57,051 nt of DNA from Christensenella sp. UBA4626 (GCA_002406115.1 DHNC01000035.1:89349-146399); one strand, 5' to 3'; numbered from the stretch's first letter, positions 10,637 to 19,448 are shown. Numbers and translations: made by a program. The notes: a model not told the origin generated them from the letters alone.

Positions 10637-11323
10637 ATGACAAACGATTTTGAATTTTTAAAGAGATTTAAATTGATGCTTTCGGCGGAACAGGTTGAAA
10701 AACTTGTTTCCACCCGCATCATAGTTTTTGGCACGGGTGGGGTTGGCAGTGCTGTGTGCAATTTTTTGGTGCGTTCAGGCATTTGTAATCTTACAATCGT
10801 CGATTTTGATAGGATTGATATAACAAATCTTAACCGTCAACTTGTTGCAAATCAAACCAATGTCGGCAAACTTAAAGTTGAGGAAATGAAAGCCCAACTT
10901 TTAAACATCAATCCAAATGCAACAATCACCGCAATTGCTGAAAAATACGATGAAAACAGCAATATTGACCTAAGCAATTTTGATATTGTTATTGATTGTA
11001 TTGACGATATAAAAGCAAAAAAACACCTCATAATGCAGGCAAAAGCAAACAATGTTTACATTCTTTGTGCGATGGGTGCGGGCAACAGATATGCGGAAAT
11101 CCCTCAATTTGAAGTTGCAGATATTTCCAAAACCAGTTACGACCCAATTGCAAAGATATTGAGGAAATTTTGCAGCCAAAACCACATAAAAAAGTTGGAT
11201 GTGTGTTACACTAAACAAAAAGCAACAAAATTCGATTGCAAAACCGTTGCCAGTGTGGTATACTATCCAGTAAATATGGCAACAGTGATTTGTGCCAAGG
11301 TTATAACCAAAATTGTTGGGTGA
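10637..11323 (+). CDS. tcdA: ThiF/MoeB/HesA-family E1-like protein, probable tRNA threonylcarbamoyladenosine dehydratase TcdA
   Basis: 228 aa; VFGTGGVGSAVCNFLVRSGICNLTIVDFDRIDITNLNRQ nucleotide-binding fold; no C-terminal Cys-rich/rhodanese module; TSYDPIAKILRKF resembles TcdA/CsdL. Confidence 0.7.
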   Translation: MTNDFEFLKRFKLMLSAEQVEKLVSTRIIVFGTGGVGSAVCNFLVRSGICNLTIVDFDRIDITNLNRQLVANQTNVGKLKVEEMKAQLLNINPNATITAIAEKYDENSNIDLSNFDIVIDCIDDIKAKKHLIMQAKANNVYILCAMGAGNRYAEIPQFEVADISKTSYDPIAKILRKFCSQNHIKKLDVCYTKQKATKFDCKTVASVVYYPVNMATVICAKVITKIVG

Positions 11324-11332
11324 GGAGGATTT

Positions 11333-11659
11333 ATGCAACAACTCAAATCTGAGCAGTTTGATGAAACAATCAATTCAGCAGACTTAACTGTGGTGGATTT
11401 TTCCGCAACTTGGTGTATGCCATGCAGGATGCTTAAACCTATTTTGGAACGCACCAGCGAAAAACTCAAAAACATCAAATTTTACAACGTGGACATTGAT
11501 GATAGCGAAGATATTGCAAAGCGTTATCGCATTTTTAGTGTGCCAACTGTTGTTTGTTTCCGTGCTGGCAAAAAAATTGATAGCATGGTTGGGCTCACAT
11601 CAGCGGATGAAATTGAAGATTTTGTTTTGAGATGTGAAAAAGCCAAAGTTGAGGACTAA
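11333..11659 (+). CDS. trxA: Thioredoxin (atypical WCMPC active site)
   Basis: 108 aa; VVDFSATWCMPCRMLKP, cis-Pro SVPT; GAGGAGG RBS. Confidence 0.9.
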   Translation: MQQLKSEQFDETINSADLTVVDFSATWCMPCRMLKPILERTSEKLKNIKFYNVDIDDSEDIAKRYRIFSVPTVVCFRAGKKIDSMVGLTSADEIEDFVLRCEKAKVED

Positions 11660-11683
11660 TCTAGGCAAAAATTTAATTTTTAT

Positions 11684-11713
11684 GGATGCACCACAAATTT
11701 GGCATCCTTTTTT
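11684..11713 (+). terminator. Intrinsic terminator after trxA
   Basis: GGATGC(A)CCA .. TGGCATCC stem with one bulge followed by TTTTTT. Confidence 0.7.
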
Positions 11714-11844
11714 CTTGCAAATGCAATCAATCACATTTATTAAGCGAAGCGTGATAAATTGATTTATGCAATCAACCGCATTTAAAAGCATGGCGGACAA
11801 TCTGGTTTATTTCACATTTAAGGGTTTTTATTCAATATTAAATA

Positions 11845-11873
11845 TTGACAAAAATGATATTAAGTGATATATT
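11845..11873 (+). promoter_or_regulatory. Sigma-A-type promoter for nifS (TTGACA-17 nt-TATATT, TGn extended -10)
   Basis: -35 TTGACA 11845-11850, 17-nt spacer, TG 11865-11866, -10 TATATT 11868-11873; followed by GGAGA RBS and ATG 11893. Confidence 0.8.
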
Positions 11874-11892
11874 ATCAAACGGAGAAAGCAAA

Positions 11893-13083
11893 ATGACAGA
11901 AAATATTTATTTAGACAATGCTTCAACAACTCGTGTGAGTGCGGAAGTGTTGAATGAAATGAACAAAGTTTACACTTCAACATTCGGCAATTCAAGTTCT
12001 TTGCACTTATTTGGCAGGGAAGCAAGCAATTTAATAGATCAAAGTCGTGACACAGTTGCGGACAGTATCAATGCAAAAAGCAACGAAATTTATTTTACAT
12101 CCAGCGGCAGCGAAGCAAATTCTTGGGCAATCATCGGCATCGCAAACGCAAATCGTGCAAAGGGTAACCACATCATCACAAGCAAAATTGAGCACGAATC
12201 TATCTTGCAAGCCTGCAAGTATTTGGAAAAGAATGGCTTTGAAGTGACCTATCTTGACGTAGACAAAAATGGATTTATCAATTTTGCAGAACTTTTGCGT
12301 GCAATAACAGACAAAACAATTTTGATTTCAATCATGGCTGCAAACAACGAAATTGGCACAATCCAAAACATCAAAGCAATCGCTCACACAGCACATGAAA
12401 AGGGCATCATTTTCCACACTGACGCAGTTCAGTTGTACGGACACATGACACTTGATGTCAAGGACCTCGGCATTGACGCAATGACAATGAGCGCTCACAA
12501 AATTTATGGGCCAAAAGGTGTCGGCGCATTGTATTTGTCAAACAATGTTTCAATTGACCCTATCATCTTTGGCGGCAATCAAGAGCGTTCTCGCCGTGGC
12601 GGCACTTGCAACACAGCAGGTATCGTTGGTTTTGCAAAGGCAGTTGAAATTTCAGTTAGAGATATGGCAACAAACAACCACAAACTTCGTGCGTTGAGCG
12701 AATATTTTGTGTCACACTTGACAAATTCAGTTGAAAATATAATCATAAACGCAAATATCAAGCAAAAATTGCCTCACATTATCTCAGTATGCTTTGTAGG
12801 CGTTGATGGCGAAAGTTTGCTTACAAAACTCGATTTGGCTGGCGTAGCAGTTTCAACTGGCAGTGCCTGCACAAGCAACAGTTTGGCAGTTTCACACGTT
12901 ATTTCTGCCATCGGCTTGAAAAAAGACGACGCAAAAAGCACAATCAGATTTAGTTTGGGCAAAAACAATTCTTACGAAGAAATTGACGCCGCAGTTTCAA
13001 TCATCAAAAAGGCAGTTGACGACCTTCGTGAATATTCTTCAACTTACGGCTTAAAAACACGTAAAAGAAAGGGGGATAAATAA
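11893..13083 (+). CDS. nifS: Cysteine desulfurase, NifS/IscS type
   Basis: PLP-lysine motif SAHKIYGPKG, catalytic loop STGSACTS; start ATG 11893, because the track start 11845 is the TTG of the promoter -35 box. Confidence 0.93.
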   Translation: MTENIYLDNASTTRVSAEVLNEMNKVYTSTFGNSSSLHLFGREASNLIDQSRDTVADSINAKSNEIYFTSSGSEANSWAIIGIANANRAKGNHIITSKIEHESILQACKYLEKNGFEVTYLDVDKNGFINFAELLRAITDKTILISIMAANNEIGTIQNIKAIAHTAHEKGIIFHTDAVQLYGHMTLDVKDLGIDAMTMSAHKIYGPKGVGALYLSNNVSIDPIIFGGNQERSRRGGTCNTAGIVGFAKAVEISVRDMATNNHKLRALSEYFVSHLTNSVENIIINANIKQKLPHIISVCFVGVDGESLLTKLDLAGVAVSTGSACTSNSLAVSHVISAIGLKKDDAKSTIRFSLGKNNSYEEIDAAVSIIKKAVDDLREYSSTYGLKTRKRKGDK

Positions 13084-13703
13084 TGTATAGCAAAGCAGTT
13101 TTAAATTTATTTATCAATCCAATCAACGCTGGCAGAATTATGAAGCCAGACGGCATTGCAAGTTTGTCAAACGAGGACGAAACCGCAAATGTTGAATTTT
13201 CTTTGCGTATTGAAGATGACGTCATCACCGATTGCAATTTTAGGGCACAAGCAAATCCATATATAACCGCAATTTGCTCCACAATCACAAAAATGGTTAA
13301 AGGCAAAAATATTGATGAAGTTATGTTGGATTCAACAAGCGTTAAAAAGGCTTTGGGCGACGAAGAAGATATTGACATAACTTTCTGCATTGAATGCCTT
13401 GATTTGGCAATTCAAGATTATATTGAAAATCGTGAAAAAGAAAATAAACCAAAATCAACCCGTGGCAGGAAGAAAAAAGTGTTTGATGTTCCAGCAACTT
13501 TGACCGACAACCTCAAATTGTCAGACGAAGAAGTTGTGGAAGAAGCCGAAGAAGCAGTTGAACCAGAAGTTGAAACCGAACCAGAAACAAACAAAACAGA
13601 AAAGGAAGATAAGCAACCTCACATAACAAATTCGTTTGAGGGTAGCATTTTCAACAATCCAATTTTTGTAAATTTCTTCCCAAATATGAACAATAATAAA
13701 TAA
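13083..13703 (+). CDS. IscU/NifU-like protein, degenerate (2 of 3 ligand Cys missing) with acidic/lysine-rich C-terminal tail
   Basis: N-terminal 120 aa colinear with IscU (MYSKAVLNLFINPINAG.., KGKNIDEV.., FCIECLDLAIQDY) but the CGD and GCG sites read TAN and ANP; ~85-aa low-complexity tail; TAATG coupling to nifS. Confidence 0.8.
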   Translation: MYSKAVLNLFINPINAGRIMKPDGIASLSNEDETANVEFSLRIEDDVITDCNFRAQANPYITAICSTITKMVKGKNIDEVMLDSTSVKKALGDEEDIDITFCIECLDLAIQDYIENREKENKPKSTRGRKKKVFDVPATLTDNLKLSDEEVVEEAEEAVEPEVETEPETNKTEKEDKQPHITNSFEGSIFNNPIFVNFFPNMNNNK

Positions 13704-13728
13704 TAAAAGTAGTTTAACAAAACATAAA

Positions 13729-13753
13729 GGCAAGTTTAAAACTTGTCTTTTTT
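13729..13753 (+). terminator. Intrinsic terminator after the iscU-like gene
   Basis: GGCAAGT/ACTTGTC stem (one G-U), 5-nt loop, T-run 13748-13753. Confidence 0.6.
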
Positions 13754-13957
13754 GTTGACGCAACAAACTATATTTATTTTAAAAAAATTGGCATATTAAA
13801 ATACAATATAAATACATCGCATCAACCTGACATTTTGGTGCCACAACTAACATCAAATCTTGCTATATTAAAATAAAAAACAATCACAAAAAATGTTTCT
13901 TACAATTTTCTACATAATTTTTAAAATTCTACAAAAAATATAGGTAGGAGGAGTGCA

Positions 13958-14149
13958 ATGAAAGATTTATTGGTTGGAATGGGTATTGGCTTTATCGTTG
14001 GTGCAATCACTTGCAAATGCAACAAGCCAGTTGCGGACACTGTTCAAAAAGGTGTAGAAAAAGGCAAAGAGATAATCACAGACGTTGCCGATGAAATCAA
14101 AACTCAAACAAACAAAGCAAAACAACAGCAACAAAAACAAAATGATTAA
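13958..14149 (+). CDS. Small hypothetical membrane-anchored protein (YtxH-like appearance)
   Basis: 63 aa; strong RBS taggaggagtgcaATG; N-terminal TM LLVGMGIGFIVGAI then K/E/Q-rich tail; own terminator. Confidence 0.6.
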   Translation: MKDLLVGMGIGFIVGAITCKCNKPVADTVQKGVEKGKEIITDVADEIKTQTNKAKQQQQKQND

Positions 14150-14170
14150 AGGGCGGTGACGCTCTTTTTT
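14150..14170 (+). terminator. Intrinsic terminator
   Basis: AGGGCG-GTGA-CGCTCT hairpin (one G-U) followed by TTTTTT. Confidence 0.65.
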
Positions 14171-14361
14171 GTTGGCATAATAAATTGACTTTTTGTTTAG
14201 ACAACCGCACAAATTGTATTATAATAACATTTGATTATTTTATTTAACCGCAAATAAGGCGTTTAAATATAAAACTTATTTTAATTACACAAAAGGAAAA
14301 TCATTTAATTTGCGTTTTACAAATGATTTACATTTTTTAAATTTTATGTTATCATAAAAGC

Positions 14362-14778
14362 ATGAAAGCAATGGGTATTGATTTTGGTTTGAGGCGGATT
14401 GGTGTTGCATTTAGTGATGAAACAAAATTTTTGGCTTCCCCTTATGAGGTCTATACAAGGCAGAATGACGAGGCGGATTTGCAGCATTTTGTTGATTTGA
14501 TAAACAAAAACAAAGTTGATGAAATTGTTGTTGGCTTGCCTATGAATATGGAGGGCAAAGAACAGCAAATTGCAGAACAAACCCGTGCATTTGTTGACCA
14601 GTTGCAGGCAAAAGTTGCTGCCAGTTTCAGTTTTGTTGATGAAAGGCTTTCTTCCGTTATGGCGGAGGATGTGTTAAAACAAACCGAGCGAGATTGGAAA
14701 AAACGCAAGCAAAAATTGGATGCCGTTGCTGCATCAATCATATTGCAAGATTATTTGGATAATAAACCAAGATTTTAA
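14362..14778 (+). CDS. ruvX: Putative pre-16S rRNA nuclease / Holliday-junction-resolvase-like YqgF
   Basis: 138 aa; MGIDFGLRRIGVAFSD N-terminus, VVGLPMNMEG, DERLSS motifs. Confidence 0.92.
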   Translation: MKAMGIDFGLRRIGVAFSDETKFLASPYEVYTRQNDEADLQHFVDLINKNKVDEIVVGLPMNMEGKEQQIAEQTRAFVDQLQAKVAASFSFVDERLSSVMAEDVLKQTERDWKKRKQKLDAVAASIILQDYLDNKPRF

Positions 14779-14789
14779 AAGGAGAATTT

Positions 14790-15143
14790 ATGTTAGACGC
14801 AAAAAATGAAGTAAAAAGGACAAAAAGAGTGGTGGCAAAAAATCCAGTAGCTCAAATTTTGGATGAAAAAAATATGGATAACGTTGTTTTGTACGACGAC
14901 CAAGAAAAACCTATCGAATTTGAACAAGTTGCGGTTATCCCTTTGGAAGAAAAGAATGCAATTTATGCAATTTTGATCCCAGTGACCCCAATGGTGGGCG
15001 TAAACGAGGGCGAAGGCGTGCTTTTTGAGATTGATGAGGATAATCAAGACCTTTTAGTTGTAAACGACGAAGAAACAATTGACAAAGTGCTTGAAATTTA
15101 CCAAGCATTGATTGACGACGACAACGATAAGGGCAAAAAGTAA
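14790..15143 (+). CDS. DUF1292 family protein (YrzB-like)
   Basis: 117 aa acidic protein with IEFEQVAVIPLEEKNAIYAILIP core; conserved position directly after ruvX. Confidence 0.8.
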   Translation: MLDAKNEVKRTKRVVAKNPVAQILDEKNMDNVVLYDDQEKPIEFEQVAVIPLEEKNAIYAILIPVTPMVGVNEGEGVLFEIDEDNQDLLVVNDEETIDKVLEIYQALIDDDNDKGKK

Positions 15144-15175
15144 TTTATTGCCACAAACATAAGGTTAAGTGAAAA

Positions 15176-15212
15176 AATTGTCAAAGAATGGTTGACAATT
15201 TTTTGTTTTTTT
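15176..15212 (+). terminator. Intrinsic terminator after the DUF1292 gene
   Basis: AATTGTCAA(15176-15184)/TTGACAATT(15192-15200), 7-nt loop, T-rich tail; 3' arm doubles as the rpsB -35 box. Confidence 0.75.
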
Positions 15213-15220
15213 GATAGTAT
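15192..15220 (+). promoter_or_regulatory. Sigma-A-type promoter for rpsB-tsf (TTGACA-17 nt-TAGTAT, TGn)
   Basis: -35 TTGACA 15192-15197, 17-nt spacer, TG 15212-15213, -10 TAGTAT 15215-15220; leaves a ~100-nt leader. Confidence 0.7.
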
Positions 15221-15328
15221 TCACTCGTTCAATGAAAAAGCACCTATCACGATTGCTTATCTGTTGCCCGCTGGGTTTTAAGGCAAAATGAATGATGGGG
15301 AAGAGACAAACAGGAGGTTTAATTTATT

Positions 15329-16165
15329 ATGTCAGTTATTTCAATGAAACAATTATTAGAAGCAGGTTGCCATTTCGGTCATCAAACTCGCAAATGGAAC
15401 CCTAAGATGAAGAAGTACATCTACACAAGCAGGAATGATATTCACATTCTTAACCTTGAAGATACTTCAAAACAAATTGATGAAGCATATGTTTTCATCA
15501 AAGAAAAAGTGCTTGCAGGCGCAAATGTTTTGTTTGTTGGCACAAAGAAACAAGCTAGCGAAACTGTTAAACAAGAAGCAGAACGCAGTGGTATGTTCTA
15601 TGTAAACACACGTTGGTTGGGTGGCACACTTACAAACTTCACAACAATCCGCAAACGTATTGACCGTATGAACAAACTCAACAATATGGAAACTCTTGGA
15701 GATTTCGATTTGTTGCCTAAAAAAGAAGTTATCAAACTCAAAGCAGAGCGTGATAAACTTGCAGCAAACCTTAGCGGTATCAAAGATATGACATCTATTC
15801 CAGGTCTTATCATTTTGGTTGATCCACACATGGAACACATTGCTGTTAAGGAAGCAAAACGTCTTGGCATCCCAACAGTTGGTATCGTTGACACAAACAG
15901 CGACCCAGATGATGTAACAGTTTGCATCCCAGCAAATGACGACGCTATCGGTTCAGTAAAACTTATTTTGAGTGCTTTGACCGACGCTATTTTGGAAGCA
16001 AAAGGTGGCGAAATTTTGCACGACCTTAACGCTGCAGATGAAGATGTAAGCATGGAAGCTATGGTTACTGGCGCAGTTGTTAAAGATGAAGACAAACCAC
16101 AAGGCAAACCAGCAAAAAAACGTGTTGCTAAAAAGACAGAAACAGAACAACCAGTTCAAGAATAA
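15329..16165 (+). CDS. rpsB: 30S ribosomal protein S2
   Basis: 278 aa; [22 protein letters not shown] canonical S2 N-terminus; acidic/lysine-rich C-terminal extension. Confidence 0.97.
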   Translation: MSVISMKQLLEAGCHFGHQTRKWNPKMKKYIYTSRNDIHILNLEDTSKQIDEAYVFIKEKVLAGANVLFVGTKKQASETVKQEAERSGMFYVNTRWLGGTLTNFTTIRKRIDRMNKLNNMETLGDFDLLPKKEVIKLKAERDKLAANLSGIKDMTSIPGLIILVDPHMEHIAVKEAKRLGIPTVGIVDTNSDPDDVTVCIPANDDAIGSVKLILSALTDAILEAKGGEILHDLNAADEDVSMEAMVTGAVVKDEDKPQGKPAKKRVAKKTETEQPVQE

Positions 16166-16179
16166 TTAGAGGGGGATTT

Positions 16180-16842
16180 ATGGTTCAAATTACAGCAAAA
16201 GATGTTGCAAATTTAAGAGATATTACAGGCGCAGGCATGATGGACTGCAAAAAAGCATTGACAGAAGCAGAAGGCAATGTAGACAAAGCAGTTGAAATTT
16301 TGCGTGAACGTGGCGTTGCAAAAGCAGCAAAAAAACAAGGTCGTATCGCAGCAGAAGGCTTCATTGAAAGTTATGTGCACGGCAATGGCAGTTTTGCTTC
16401 TCTTATCGAAATCAACACTGAAACAGACTTCGCAGCAAAGAACGAAGAATTGCGTGAATTTGCTCACAACCTTGCAATGCAAGTTGTTGCTTCACGTCCA
16501 ATTTGTGTAAATATCGACGAAGTACCACAAGATTTAGTTGAAAAAGAAAAAGAAATTTATCGTGTTCAACTTATCAACGAAGGCAAACCAGCCGCTATTG
16601 TTGACAAGATTGTTGAAGGCAAAATCAACAAATATTACGAAGAAGTTGTTTTGATGGAACAAGTTTACATCAAAGACCCAGATGGCAAAAAGAAAGTTAA
16701 AGATGTTTTGACAGGTCTTGTTGCTAAGATTGGTGAAAAGATTACAATTCGCCGTTTCACACTTATGGTTATGGGCGAAGGTCTTGAAAAACGTAATGAA
16801 GATTTTGCGGCAGAAGTTGCAAAACAATCTCAAATGCAATAA
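16180..16842 (+). CDS. tsf: Elongation factor Ts (short form)
   Basis: 220 aa; [37 protein letters not shown]-like N-domain; follows rpsB. Confidence 0.96.
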   Translation: MVQITAKDVANLRDITGAGMMDCKKALTEAEGNVDKAVEILRERGVAKAAKKQGRIAAEGFIESYVHGNGSFASLIEINTETDFAAKNEELREFAHNLAMQVVASRPICVNIDEVPQDLVEKEKEIYRVQLINEGKPAAIVDKIVEGKINKYYEEVVLMEQVYIKDPDGKKKVKDVLTGLVAKIGEKITIRRFTLMVMGEGLEKRNEDFAAEVAKQSQMQ

Positions 16843-16870
16843 AAATTGTAAATTTTAGCATTTTAAAAAA

Positions 16871-16895
16871 GCCGCAGATTTTATGCGGTTTTTTT
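16871..16895 (+). terminator. Intrinsic terminator after tsf
   Basis: GCCGCA-loop-TGCGGT hairpin followed by TTTTTTT. Confidence 0.75.
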
Positions 16896-17172
16896 GTGTC
16901 TTTCAACAGCCGGGGATTATAAGTAAAGCAAAATAAATCAGTTAATTTTACGCCTTGTTTATAAAACTATAAGGGAAACACTTGCTATTTTTTTTTGTTT
17001 CTTGTATTATATTTTCGGTTCTATTTATATTTTATATATAAAGCTAAATATATTTTTAAATTTGCAAGCCACATTTTGCGGCATTGATTTTAAGAAAATA
17101 TTTTATTTTGTATGTAAATTGATTTGTTATTTTTTTATGAAATAGATTTAATTTTAAAATAAGGGAGAAATT

Positions 17173-17739
17173 ATGAACGAAGACGTAGAAATGACCATGA
17201 TGGACTACGAAGAAAAGTTGGATAAACAATTTAATCATTTTATTGACGAACTTATGCTCATCCGAGTTGGTAGGGCAAATCCAAAATTGATTGAGGGTAT
17301 CAAAGTTGATTATTATGGCACCCGCACACCAATCAATCAGACCTCAAATATTATTGTGCAAGATGCACGTATGTTGGTTGTTTCCCCATGGGACGCAAGC
17401 ACACTTAAAGCAATCAAAACAGGCATCGAAGCCGCAAATTTGGGTGTTTCAGTGAGCGATGATGGCAAGATTATCCGTGTCGGTTTCCCAATGCTTACAG
17501 AGGAACGCAGACGTGAATACAGCAAGGATGCAAAACGCTTGTTGGAGGAAACAAAAATTGCAATGAGAAATGCTCGTCGTGATTGTTTGGATGTCTTTAA
17601 AGATATGAAAAAGAACAGCGCAATCAGTGAAGACGACTTGGCAGGGCTTGAAAAAGATGTACAAAAAACTTTGGATTCTTACACTGAAAAATCTGATGTT
17701 GCTTGTGAGAGGAAAATTCAAGAAATAATGGAAGTGTAA
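17173..17739 (+). CDS. frr: Ribosome recycling factor
   Basis: 188 aa; IRVGRANPKLIEGIKVDYYG and LTEERRREYSKDAKRLLEE are canonical RRF; AGGGAG RBS. Confidence 0.96.
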   Translation: MNEDVEMTMMDYEEKLDKQFNHFIDELMLIRVGRANPKLIEGIKVDYYGTRTPINQTSNIIVQDARMLVVSPWDASTLKAIKTGIEAANLGVSVSDDGKIIRVGFPMLTEERRREYSKDAKRLLEETKIAMRNARRDCLDVFKDMKKNSAISEDDLAGLEKDVQKTLDSYTEKSDVACERKIQEIMEV

Positions 17740-18465
17740 ATGAAAGTTGAAGAAATAAAAAACGACCCTCGAATGCCAAAACACATTGGTTTGATTATCG
17801 ACGGAAACGGAAGATGGGCAAAACAGCGTGGCTGGGCAAGGACAATCGGGCATAAATACGGTTTTGAAAACCTCAAACATCAAATCGAATTTGTGCGAGA
17901 TTTAGGGATAAAAAACTTGTCAATTTACTGCTTTTCATCCGAAAATTGGAACCGACCTAAACAAGAAGTCGATTATTTAATGGAACTGTTTGACCAAATG
18001 TTGGACAATTTTGAAAGGGACTATTTAAACAAAGATGTCCGCATAATTATTTCGGGCAATATGGATGACCTTCGATTGCCGGAAATTGTTCGCAACAAAG
18101 CCAAAAGTTTGATGGAAAGGACAAAGTCCAAAACAGGTTTTATCCTCAATCCATGCATAAATTATGGTGGCAAGCAAGAGATTTTGATGGCAGTAAATGC
18201 TTGCATTTTAGAAGGGTTGACCGAAGTTGATGAAAAGACCTTTGAACAATACTTGTATTCAGCAGAATTGTTGCCTTTGGATTTGGTTATAAGGACATCG
18301 GGCGAGCAGCGGGCAAGCAATTTCCAAATTTGGCAAGCAGCCTATGCAGAATGGTATTATCCAAAAAAGTTTTGGCCAGCGTTTACTGAAAACGATTTGA
18401 TAAAGGCTTTGAAAAATTACATGGCAAGGGATCGCCGCTATGGTGCGATAAAGGAAGAAAAATGA
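17740..18465 (+). CDS. uppS: Isoprenyl transferase (undecaprenyl-diphosphate synthase)
   Basis: 241 aa; HIGLIIDGNGRWA, FSSENWNRP, RTSGEQRASNF motifs. Confidence 0.95.
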   Translation: MKVEEIKNDPRMPKHIGLIIDGNGRWAKQRGWARTIGHKYGFENLKHQIEFVRDLGIKNLSIYCFSSENWNRPKQEVDYLMELFDQMLDNFERDYLNKDVRIIISGNMDDLRLPEIVRNKAKSLMERTKSKTGFILNPCINYGGKQEILMAVNACILEGLTEVDEKTFEQYLYSAELLPLDLVIRTSGEQRASNFQIWQAAYAEWYYPKKFWPAFTENDLIKALKNYMARDRRYGAIKEEK

Positions 18466-19361
18466 AACAAAGAGCAATTACTAGTATATTTATAGTTTTG
18501 GCGTCAGTTTTGGCAATTTTAAGCAAATTTTTGCCAAGCGGTGTTGGCGACTACATTTTTGATATTTTTGTCATATTTATATGCTTTGTTGCAAGCAATG
18601 AAATGGCAAATATGCAAGCAAAACGTGACAAAAGTCCAAACCGATTGTTTGCAATGTTTTATATCGTTTTAAATTACATTATCCTTTTAATTTGCAACGG
18701 CAAGATTAACATCGGTTTTGTTGCTCTCATCCAAATCGGTGCAGTGCTTGTTTATGCATTTATCGTTTGCTTGTTTGAGTTCTTTACAAACGTCAAAGCA
18801 GGCTTTAAAGTTGCATTCAAAACAGGGCTTTACACTTTGCTTAACTGCGTTTATCCAACCTTGATGTTTGCAACTTTATTGCAAATCAACAGGATGGACG
18901 CATATGTGTCAATCACAAGATTTGCTGTTCCATTTATCGTGATGATTTTTGCAATAACAATGCTTACTGACACATTCGCTTATCTCATCGGTTCAGCATT
19001 TAAAGGCCCAAAATTGGCACCTTCAATCAGTCCAAACAAAACAATCAGCGGAGCAATAGGCGGTCTTGTTGGCGGCGTGCTTGGTGCAATGATGGTTTAT
19101 GTTGTGTTGAGTTTTTATGCTGGTTGGCAACCAATCCTTACAACATTCAACTTGTCTTGGTGGCATTTCTTGTTGCTCGGCTTTGTTGGCTCTGCAATCG
19201 GTCAAGCAGGCGATTTGTTCGAAAGTTGGCTTAAACGTAGGGCAGCCGTAAAAGATAGCGGCACATTGTTGCCAGGTCATGGCGGCATTTTGGATAGAGT
19301 TGATGCAATGACTTTTGTATCAACATTCACTTACATCGTTTTGGTTTGCTTGCTGATTTAA
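18462..19361 (+). CDS. cdsA: Phosphatidate cytidylyltransferase
   Basis: 299 aa polytopic membrane protein; C-terminal signature SWLKRRAAVKDSGTLLPGHGGILDRVD. Confidence 0.93.
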   Translation: MKQRAITSIFIVLASVLAILSKFLPSGVGDYIFDIFVIFICFVASNEMANMQAKRDKSPNRLFAMFYIVLNYIILLICNGKINIGFVALIQIGAVLVYAFIVCLFEFFTNVKAGFKVAFKTGLYTLLNCVYPTLMFATLLQINRMDAYVSITRFAVPFIVMIFAITMLTDTFAYLIGSAFKGPKLAPSISPNKTISGAIGGLVGGVLGAMMVYVVLSFYAGWQPILTTFNLSWWHFLLLGFVGSAIGQAGDLFESWLKRRAAVKDSGTLLPGHGGILDRVDAMTFVSTFTYIVLVCLLI

Positions 19362-19448
19362 TTTTGCTTGATTTAAAAATTGTTTAAAATTAGCATTAAA
19401 TTTGATATTAAATAGTATTTATATAAAACATTTAAAATAAAATAATAT

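Noticed and set aside
11845-11892. Upstream-extended start codons in the ORF track: nifS at 11845, trmFO at 7411, xseA at 34787, nusB at 34468, spoIIIAB at 30226, spoIIIAF at 32565
   Set aside because: The extensions overlap the preceding gene or a promoter (11845 is the TTG of a TTGACA -35 box). Internal ATGs with proper RBS spacing give N-termini matching the protein families.
16896-17172. Decayed pyrH pseudogene in the tsf-frr spacer
   Set aside because: All frames are dense with stops, and I could not recognise any UMP-kinase motif by eye. I treat it as plain spacer unless an HMM scan says otherwise.
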